A DNA stretch of 41,399 nt, taken from contig DBCH01000042.1 of assembly GCA_002292955.1 (NCBI GenBank), forward strand, positions 537 through 41,935, read 5' to 3'. The stretch comes from Microbacteriaceae bacterium UBA963 (GTDB lineage: Bacteria > Actinomycetota > Actinomycetes > Actinomycetales > Microbacteriaceae). Numbering within the stretch: the first letter of the stretch is position 1; every line of letters begins with the position of its first letter. The position numbers were made by a program, and so were the translations under genes. The notes below the pieces were generated by a model. The model worked only from the letters and a program-made list of their open reading frames with translations. It searched no databases and had not been told where the DNA came from. Of the stretch, positions 19,600 to 26,615 are shown one piece after another.

Positions 19600-20694
19600 T
19601 TAGTTTCTGGCAATGGCCTCGCGTGCGTGCGCTCTGGCCCACGCATCCGCATCGAACAGAACCTCACGCGACAGCTCGCCTTGGGGCCCCGAGTGCGCCT
19701 CGACAACGCGAGAAACAGTGTCGACGATGTCGGTGAAGCCCAACCGACCGGCGTGAAAAGCCAGCACGGCCTCTTCGTTAGCGGCATTCATCACCGCGGG
19801 AAAGGTGAGACCTGCCGAACCGACCGACTTGGCGAGCGCCACGGCGGGGAACGCCAGTTCATCCAGAGGCTCGAACGTCCAGGTGTGCGCGGTGCTCCAG
19901 TCCACTGCCTCAGCCGCGTGGGCCACGCGATGCGGCCAGTCGAGACCCAGCGCGATGGGAAGCTTCATATCGGGCGGCGAGGCCTGCGCCATCGTGGAGC
20001 CGTCAACAAACTCCACCATGGAGTGGATGACGGACTGCGGATGCACGGTCACCGAAATGTCGGCGTAGTCGATGCCAAAGAGCAGACTCGCCTCGATCAC
20101 CTCGAGACCCTTGTTCATGAGGGTGGCCGAGTTGGTGGTGACCATGAGGCCCATGTCCCACGTGGGATGCGCCAGGGCCTGCTGAGGAGTGACGTCGCCC
20201 AGCTGGTCGCGGGAGCGACCGCGGAACGGTCCGCCGGAAGCCGTCAGGATGAGACGACGAACCTCGGCGTGCGTGCCCGAGACGAGGCACTGTGCGATGG
20301 CCGAATGCTCGCTGTCCACGGGCACAATCTGCCCGGGCGATGCGGCGCCCATCACCAGTTTTCCGCCGATGATCAAGCTCTCTTTGTTGGCCAGCGCCAG
20401 GGTCATTCCCCGTTCCAGCGTGGCGAGCGTGGGGCCCAGCCCCACGGCCCCCGTCATGCCGTTCAGAACGACATCGGCATCGACCGTGCGCACGAGTTCC
20501 TCCGACGCGTCGGCGCCCAGCGCGGTGTGAGTCACACCGAACGCTCGGGCCTGATCGGCCACCATGTCGGCCTGCGAACCGGCCGAAAGACCCACCACCT
20601 GGAAACGGTCCGGATTGGCGGCAATCACCTCGAGGGCTTGCGTGCCAATAGAACCGGTGGAACCCAAAATGATGACGCGGCGCACGTTACTCAT
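19600..20694 (-). CDS. dxr: 1-deoxy-D-xylulose 5-phosphate reductoisomerase (MEP pathway)
   Basis: N-terminal NADPH motif [15 protein letters not shown], then LANKESL, DSEHSA and NAANE. Start placed at ATG 20694 ([17 protein letters not shown]). The track extension to 20769 would overlap gabT. Confidence 0.93.
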   Translation of the reverse strand: MSNVRRVIILGSTGSIGTQALEVIAANPDRFQVVGLSAGSQADMVADQARAFGVTHTALGADASEELVRTVDADVVLNGMTGAVGLGPTLATLERGMTLALANKESLIIGGKLVMGAASPGQIVPVDSEHSAIAQCLVSGTHAEVRRLILTASGGPFRGRSRDQLGDVTPQQALAHPTWDMGLMVTTNSATLMNKGLEVIEASLLFGIDYADISVTVHPQSVIHSMVEFVDGSTMAQASPPDMKLPIALGLDWPHRVAHAAEAVDWSTAHTWTFEPLDELAFPAVALAKSVGSAGLTFPAVMNAANEEAVLAFHAGRLGFTDIVDTVSRVVEAHSGPQGELSREVLFDADAWARAHAREAIARN

Positions 20695-20725
20695 CTTTGC
20701 ACCACCGGGATGGTTATTTCGCTCG

Positions 20726-20731
20726 TAGAAT
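20726..20731 (+). promoter_or_regulatory. Candidate -10 hexamer (TAGAAT) for a leaderless gabT transcript
   Basis: TAGAAT ends 6 nt before ATG 20738. There is no SD, and the divergent gap to dxr is only 43 nt. Confidence 0.4.
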
Positions 20732-20737
20732 TGACCC

Positions 20738-22084
20738 ATGACGACAACTGTTGAGATTTCGGCGGGCATTGCTCAAGAACGGCTGATTCGCACGGCCATT
20801 CCCGGCCCCAAGTCGCAGGCCATGCACGCGCGCCGCGCCGAAGTCGTGTCCACCGGTGTGGGCGCTGCCCTGCCGGTCTACATTGCCGAGGCACACGAGT
20901 CCATCGTGGTCGACATCGACGGCAACCAATTCATTGACTTCGCCTCGGGCATTGGTGTCACCACGATTGGACACACCGACGACGCTGTGGTTGCCGCGGT
21001 TGCCGAGCAGGCAGCTCTGTTCACCCACACGTGCTTCACCGTCACCCCTTACGAGGGCTACGTGCGCGTTGCCGAGCTGCTGGCCCAGCACACGCCCGGT
21101 AACCACGCCAAGCGCACGATGCTGTGCAACTCAGGCGCCGAAGCGATTGAGAACGCCGTGAAGATTGCCCGCAAGTTCACCGGAAAGAACGCCATCGGTG
21201 TGTTGGACCACGCCTACCACGGTCGCACCAACATGACCATGGCGATGAACTTTAAGAACAGCCCCTACGCCACCGGCTTTGGCTCGCTGGGCACCGCGGT
21301 GTTCCGCGCCCCCAACTCCTACCCGTACCAGGACGGACTCTCGGGCGAGGAAGCAGCCGAGCGCACCATCTGGTACTTCGAGAAGCAGGTCGGTGCCGCA
21401 GATCTGGCCGCCATCTTTGCCGAGCCCATTCAGGGCGAGGGCGGCTTCATGGTGCCGGCCGAGGGATACCTCACCCTGCTCCAGGAATGGTGCCACAAAA
21501 ACAATGTGGTCTTTGTTGCCGACGAGGTGCAGAGCGGCATGGCGCGCTCGGGCACCTACTTCGCCTCGGAGGGCTTTGGCCTCGTTCCCGATCTGATCAC
21601 GGTGGCCAAGGGCATTGCCGGTGGAATGCCGCTCGCCGGAGTTGTCGGCCGCGCCGACATCATGGATGCGGCTCACCCCGGAGGGCTCGGCGGTACCTTT
21701 GGCGGAAACCCCGTCTCGTGTGCGGCGGCCGTCGCGGTGTTCGAACAGATTGAGCGACTCAACCTGCTCGGCGAGGCACAGCGCGTTGAGAAGACGCTGA
21801 CCACCGGACTGGCAGCCCTGCAGAAGAAGTACCCGATAATCGGGGATATCCGCGGACGTGGCGCCATGATTGCGATGGAGCTCGTGGTTCCCGGAACAAA
21901 GAAGCCAGATGCCGCTGCGGTCAAGCACCTCGTCGACGTGGGTTTCCAGAACGGACTGCTTCTGCTCAACGCCGGCACAAACTACAACGTGCTCCGGTTC
22001 CTGCCGAACGTTCGCATGACGGACGAACTCATTGCGGACGCCCTCAGCGTTCTCGACGACGCCCTCGCCAGCTACACGAAGTGA
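20738..22084 (+). CDS. gabT: 4-aminobutyrate aminotransferase (class III PLP-dependent aminotransferase)
   Basis: 448 aa. IPGPKSQA N-terminus, [13 protein letters not shown], the PLP-lysine context [13 protein letters not shown], and GGTFGGNP. Confidence 0.85.
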   Translation: MTTTVEISAGIAQERLIRTAIPGPKSQAMHARRAEVVSTGVGAALPVYIAEAHESIVVDIDGNQFIDFASGIGVTTIGHTDDAVVAAVAEQAALFTHTCFTVTPYEGYVRVAELLAQHTPGNHAKRTMLCNSGAEAIENAVKIARKFTGKNAIGVLDHAYHGRTNMTMAMNFKNSPYATGFGSLGTAVFRAPNSYPYQDGLSGEEAAERTIWYFEKQVGAADLAAIFAEPIQGEGGFMVPAEGYLTLLQEWCHKNNVVFVADEVQSGMARSGTYFASEGFGLVPDLITVAKGIAGGMPLAGVVGRADIMDAAHPGGLGGTFGGNPVSCAAAVAVFEQIERLNLLGEAQRVEKTLTTGLAALQKKYPIIGDIRGRGAMIAMELVVPGTKKPDAAAVKHLVDVGFQNGLLLLNAGTNYNVLRFLPNVRMTDELIADALSVLDDALASYTK

Positions 22085-22094
22085 TGCGACTCTC

Positions 22095-23210
22095 ATGCGC
22101 ATCGGTGTTCCCGCTGAGGTAAAGAACAACGAGTTCCGCGTTGCGCTGACACCGAGCGGTGTGCACGACCTTGCGTTGCACGGCCACGAGGTGACGGTTC
22201 AGTCGGGTGCCGGCATCGGCTCGGGCTTCACCGACGCCGACTTCGTGGAAGCCGGTGGCCGAATCGCGGACGACGTTGCTGCCGTGTGGGACTCCGCCGA
22301 GCTGGTCCTCAAGGTCAAAGAGCCTCAGCCGTCGGAATTCTCCAACCTGCGCGACGACCTCGTGTTGTTTACCTACCTTCATTTGGCCGCCGAGGCCGAA
22401 CTCACCCGAGCGCTGTGTACGGCCGGAACAACGGCACTCGCCTACGAAACCGTGCAGGCCGCCAACGGCACACTTCCCCTATTGGCGCCCATGAGCGAGG
22501 TGGCCGGGCGACTGGCCCCCCTCGTTGGCTCGCATGCCATGCTCGCGCCCCAGGGCGGGCCCGGGCTTCTGGTGTCGGGCGTCCCCGGAACGCACGCCGC
22601 GCACGTGGTGGTGCTCGGGGGTGGCGTGGCCGGAACGAACGCCATTCAAATGGCCGTGGGAATGGGCGCACAGGTGACGGTGCTCGACACCAACCTCGCT
22701 CGACTGGCGCAGCTTGATCTCGCCTTCCATGGCCGCGTCAACACCATCGCGTCGAACGCCCTCGAGATTGAACGCGCGGTGTGTGCGGCCGATCTGGTCA
22801 TCGGCGCCGTACTCATCCCCGGTGCGAAAGCGCCCAAGCTCGTGTCGAACGACCTCGTCGCGCGCATGAAGCCGGGAAGCGTGCTGGTGGACATCGCCGT
22901 GGACCAGGGGGGCTGCTTCGCCGACACCCACCCGACGACCCACGCGGATCCCACCTTCGCGGTGCACGGGTCAATCTTTTATTGTGTGGCCAACATGCCC
23001 GGCGCTGTTCCCCACACCTCAACGCACGCACTGACGAACGCGACCCTGCCGTTCGTGCGCCGGGTGGCAGACCTCGGTTGGCGGGATGCGCTCAGCGAGG
23101 ATGCGGCGTTGCGTTCCGGCCTCAACACGTGGGCCGGGAAGGTCACTAACTCGGCCGTCGCCGAAGCACACGGCATGGCCTTCACCCCGCTGGCCGAGGT
23201 CTTCGGCTAG
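22095..23210 (+). CDS. ald: Alanine dehydrogenase
   Basis: MRIGVPAEVKNNEFRVALTP N-terminus and the NAD fold VVVLGGGVAGTNA. Start at ATG 22095; the track ORF begins earlier, inside gabT. Confidence 0.93.
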   Translation: MRIGVPAEVKNNEFRVALTPSGVHDLALHGHEVTVQSGAGIGSGFTDADFVEAGGRIADDVAAVWDSAELVLKVKEPQPSEFSNLRDDLVLFTYLHLAAEAELTRALCTAGTTALAYETVQAANGTLPLLAPMSEVAGRLAPLVGSHAMLAPQGGPGLLVSGVPGTHAAHVVVLGGGVAGTNAIQMAVGMGAQVTVLDTNLARLAQLDLAFHGRVNTIASNALEIERAVCAADLVIGAVLIPGAKAPKLVSNDLVARMKPGSVLVDIAVDQGGCFADTHPTTHADPTFAVHGSIFYCVANMPGAVPHTSTHALTNATLPFVRRVADLGWRDALSEDAALRSGLNTWAGKVTNSAVAEAHGMAFTPLAEVFG

Positions 23211-25870
23211 GGGCCTGCCGGTAGCGCGGCCCGCACGTAGGAATCATCGGCCTCGAGAACCACAACGCTGTTTTCCAGTGGTGGCGGGATTCGGCGCATG
23301 TCACGTCCCACGTAGCGGGCTGTAATCCGCGCGACGCCGTGCCAGACCAGGGGCTCCTGTCTCACGCGGCGTCTCATCTCGTCAGAGAGCGTGAGGGCTT
23401 GCTCGGGCGTGAGCGCGTGGAGGAGAACTCTTGTTGCAGTGGCCGCCTGATGAGCCGACCACAACTCAGGTTCGTTGGTGAGCACCACTGCTCGACGACC
23501 CTGTAGCACCTCGGACAACGTGGGCAAAAGGTGCGTTCCCGCACGGCCGCGTCGGCCGAGAGAGAGCGCAGAGAGCTCGGCTGGGTCCAGACTCGGCCGC
23601 GTGAGTTGAACCGTGTCACCCCCCATCGCACCGCGTCCGGGATAGCGGGAACCAAGATCGATTCGGGTTCGCACGTGTCGGGTCACCGTACTGAGCGCGG
23701 GCTCATCCCCCGACGTTGAGAACACCAAAAATCTGCCCCGACCGGGACCCTCGCGCGCCACACGCTCGAGAGCCGCAACGAGATCATCGAGTGCGTCGTC
23801 CGGTGTCAACCGCACAATCGCATCGAGCCCGTCGACCACCACCAGTTCCGGTTGGTGGGTGGGGCTCTGGTCACACTCCCGCGCAGCGTTGATGAGGGAA
23901 TCCCACGCGAGTGCAGGATGAACAGGTACGACCAACACTTTTCCTGAGTCTGCCGCGCGTCCCCTGTCGGGTGCGTCCTGATGGCTCAAGCGCCGGTGTG
24001 TCATAGCCTCACGCCTGATGTTCTGAAGCAGGGTCGTTTTTCCCGAACGCGGCCCGCCCACTACCCACAGGGCGCCGTCTCGCTCCGGCAGGTAGTCGAG
24101 CACCGACCAGCGCGTGGTGACGAGATCCTGCCTCAGGCCAAGCAGGAGCCCCTCCGGGCATTCCCCCGCGGAATGGGCAAGGTCGGTTACGGTCGTCTCC
24201 GACAGCTCTTTCGGCAACTCGGGCCACCACAACCGCCAGTCGTCGGCCGGAGCGGCCGCCGTCCACCGGGCAGCCGCCTCAAGAGTCGGCGCATCCACGC
24301 ACACCGGATTAACAGTGTCAATGAGCCCCGACGGTCGGCGCACGTAAAGCAGACGGGGCGTTGACGCAAGATCCGTGGGCGAGCGTTGCACTGTTGCGCC
24401 CAGCAGATAACGAGCATCGTCGTCACCCACGGGAGTCAGGCACAGTCGCGTCTGGGCGTTGACCAGCAGGTCATCTCCAAAGGCGCCGGCCGCCCGCTGG
24501 GTTGCCACGGCGAGATGCACACCGAGAGCGCGACCACGTGAGGCCACATCGGCAGTAATGCGGCGGGCGTCGGGAACAACGTCACACAGTGCGCGAAACT
24601 CGTCAATCACAATCAACAGGCGCGGGATGCGGACCGCGCGGGGCAGAGCGGAAATGTCGGTGCACCCTGCGTCACGCAACACGGTTTCGCGGCGGGCCAT
24701 TTCTGTTCGAATCCCGGCGAGGGCGCGCAGCACGTCATCACCGTCGAGATCCGTGGTGATTCCGGCGTTGTGAGGCAGTGACGCCACGCGGGTGAACCCA
24801 CCTCCGCCCTTGAAGTCGATGACGGCAAATCGAAAGCGCTCGGGCGGGTGTGCTGCGGCCATGCTGGCCAACAGTGCCACGAGCGTCTCGGTCTTACCGC
24901 TACCCGTGGCACCGGCCACGAGCATGTGCGGCACGTCGGTGCTGACCTCGCCCCACACCGGTGTCGGACCAGCGAGAGCATCAGTCCATCCCAGAATGCC
25001 CCTCACGTGACTGTGCTCGGGTCGCGGATCATGCTCATCGGCGCCGGGAGCATCGTTGCTCAACAACTCGACTCCCCTCAACTCGACCGCCGACATTTCG
25101 CCCGTCATCACTTCGCGCAGGTCACTCAGCGTGGGAGACGCGTGGCGAAGAGCGCGGGAGGCCTGGAGTTCGCGTTGGGCGCGGGTAGCGTGCGCCTCGG
25201 AGACTTCATCCACCAAAACGGCAACCGCGTCCAATGGCGTGCGCACATCTGTCAACTCCGCCCACCCCCGCTCCCCCAGTGTCAGTAGCAGCGTTGTATT
25301 CGCGGGAATCTCTGATCGGTGAGTAGCGTGGCTGATACTGCCAACCTCGGCGCCACTTCCGTTCCAGGCCCGGGTGAGGGTCAGGGCCCGGGCGACACGC
25401 TGACGCGCCTCCGGCGGACCCAGAACGCACACGTGTGCGTCGAGAGGAATGAGAACGGGACGTCGGCCCGGATCGAGCCCCACTCGGAAAGCGACCGGAG
25501 CTGCTGGACCCGCCCCGATGTCACGGGCGGCGGGGCGGTGGTGACCGTGGTCGAGGAGGTCCGCCAGGCTGGCATGTTGCCGGCGCGCCCTGCCGGCCTC
25601 CTGCTCGACTTCGTGCGCGCGCTGTTGTTCCGTCTCACGCTGCGCCCGAGTGGCATCCTCGGTTGCCACGCGCTGAGCCGCCCGGCCCTGTCGGCGGGCG
25701 TCAGCCAGAGAAGCCACCATGGCCACCGGGCCCATAAGAGCGAAAAGCATCATCGCCGGCGATGACGACACCCACCACATGACCAGAGCAAAGCCGAGCG
25801 GAACCAACAGCGAGAACAGCGGGACGGGCGTAACGCGAAGACCAGTTTTTCGGGAAGCCTCATGCGTCAT
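23207..25870 (-). CDS. FtsK/SpoIIIE-family membrane ATPase with two P-loop modules (EssC/EccC-like architecture)
   Basis: 887 aa.
- Two N-terminal TM helices (residues about 15-55), then a charged Arg/Glu/Gln-rich segment.
- Module 1: Walker A GATGSGKT (24890-24913) and Walker B LLIVIDEF (24596-24619).
- Module 2: Walker A GGPRSGKTT (24032-24058) and a Walker-B-like ELVVVDGLD (23822-23848) with no Glu after the Asp.
I verified all motif coordinates by back-translation. Confidence 0.85.
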   Translation of the reverse strand: MTHEASRKTGLRVTPVPLFSLLVPLGFALVMWWVSSSPAMMLFALMGPVAMVASLADARRQGRAAQRVATEDATRAQRETEQQRAHEVEQEAGRARRQHASLADLLDHGHHRPAARDIGAGPAAPVAFRVGLDPGRRPVLIPLDAHVCVLGPPEARQRVARALTLTRAWNGSGAEVGSISHATHRSEIPANTTLLLTLGERGWAELTDVRTPLDAVAVLVDEVSEAHATRAQRELQASRALRHASPTLSDLREVMTGEMSAVELRGVELLSNDAPGADEHDPRPEHSHVRGILGWTDALAGPTPVWGEVSTDVPHMLVAGATGSGKTETLVALLASMAAAHPPERFRFAVIDFKGGGGFTRVASLPHNAGITTDLDGDDVLRALAGIRTEMARRETVLRDAGCTDISALPRAVRIPRLLIVIDEFRALCDVVPDARRITADVASRGRALGVHLAVATQRAAGAFGDDLLVNAQTRLCLTPVGDDDARYLLGATVQRSPTDLASTPRLLYVRRPSGLIDTVNPVCVDAPTLEAAARWTAAAPADDWRLWWPELPKELSETTVTDLAHSAGECPEGLLLGLRQDLVTTRWSVLDYLPERDGALWVVGGPRSGKTTLLQNIRREAMTHRRLSHQDAPDRGRAADSGKVLVVPVHPALAWDSLINAARECDQSPTHQPELVVVDGLDAIVRLTPDDALDDLVAALERVAREGPGRGRFLVFSTSGDEPALSTVTRHVRTRIDLGSRYPGRGAMGGDTVQLTRPSLDPAELSALSLGRRGRAGTHLLPTLSEVLQGRRAVVLTNEPELWSAHQAATATRVLLHALTPEQALTLSDEMRRRVRQEPLVWHGVARITARYVGRDMRRIPPPLENSVVVLEADDSYVRAALPAGP

Positions 25871-25906
25871 GCATCGAGGTCACCACGTTGCGAGAGCCCG
25901 ACGCGT

Positions 25907-25922
25907 CGCCTGTCCACAGGCG
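25907..25922 (-). other. GC-rich stem-loop in the 72-nt gap between the Zn-ribbon-FHA gene and the FtsK-like gene
   Basis: CGCCTG TCCA CAGGCG (6-bp stem, tetraloop). It is extendable by GCG/CGC with one bulged T. No T-tract follows on the minus strand. This is the only sizeable non-coding gap inside the nine-gene block. Confidence 0.4.
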
Positions 25923-25942
25923 CGCAGGCTGCAGCGTGCTCG

Positions 25943-26602
25943 TTACTGAACGGTGAAGGACTGGTCGCCGATGCCGACCGAGGCTCCCGGCCTCAGAATC
26001 ACGCGCTCGTGGGGCGCGAGCCGCTCGGCGGCAATTCCCGGCATGCTCACCACGGTGCCGTTGGCACTGTCCAGATCGGTCACCATGAGCCCCTCAGCCA
26101 ATGCCTCAACCCGCAGGTGCGTTTTGGAGACCGTCTTGGACGGGTCGCTCACCACGATGAGGTGATCCCAGGTTTCGTTGGCCGGGGCCACCGGCATGCG
26201 ACCGATAAGCCCCCGCCCCACCACCTGAGCTCGCTCACCGGTACTGAATACGAGCGTGAATGCCGTAGCGACAGCCGCGGGCGTCTCTGTGGGCATCGAT
26301 TCCGACGGCCCGGGCACTGCTACAACTGGCGCGGCTACAACCGGCTCAGCTACAACCGGCTCAGCAATTACCGGGGCAACGGCCACCGGCTCAGCAACCG
26401 CGGCAGCTGCAACCGGCTCAGCAACCACGGGAGTCGCAACCGCAGCTGCGGGAGCACTCGTCGCTGGTGGATCTACTCGTCGAACACTCGTCTCAATCGG
26501 TGAGCCAAACTCGGGAACACTCGCCCCACACTCCCCGCAAAAGTAAGCACCTTCCGGGAGGACTTCCCCACAGACATCACAGGTTGGGTCGCCAGTTGCC
26601 AT
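25943..26602 (-). CDS. Zinc-ribbon + low-complexity (A-E-P-V)n linker + C-terminal FHA domain protein
   Basis: 219 aa. CDVCGEVLPEGAYFCGECG (CxxC-N10-CxxC, 26528-26581). Ala/Pro/Val/Glu linker. FHA signature GRGLIGR..SKTHLRV..VTDLDSANGT. Confidence 0.8.
   Translation of the reverse strand: MATGDPTCDVCGEVLPEGAYFCGECGASVPEFGSPIETSVRRVDPPATSAPAAAVATPVVAEPVAAAAVAEPVAVAPVIAEPVVAEPVVAAPVVAVPGPSESMPTETPAAVATAFTLVFSTGERAQVVGRGLIGRMPVAPANETWDHLIVVSDPSKTVSKTHLRVEALAEGLMVTDLDSANGTVVSMPGIAAERLAPHERVILRPGASVGIGDQSFTVQ
26334..26426 (-). repeat. In-frame short tandem repeats encoding the AEPV linker
   Basis: Perfect 15-bp tandem pair GCTACAACCGGCTCA at 26334-26348 and 26349-26363. Degenerate ACCGGCTCAGCAA copies follow near 26385 and 26412. 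Confidence 0.85.
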
Positions 26603-26615
26603 GACGCCATGTTAC

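Noticed and set aside
20695-20769. Longer dxr start ([10 protein letters not shown]...) overlapping gabT.
   Set aside because: Dxr homologues begin a few residues before the GSTGSIG NADPH loop. The extension would overlap the divergent gabT start and its -10 box.
26334-26426. Short tandem repeats (also 38930..38971) as a possible CRISPR array or non-coding satellite.
   Set aside because: The repeats are head-to-tail without spacers, in frame (15 and 21 bp) and inside well-supported FHA-protein ORFs. No cas genes are present.
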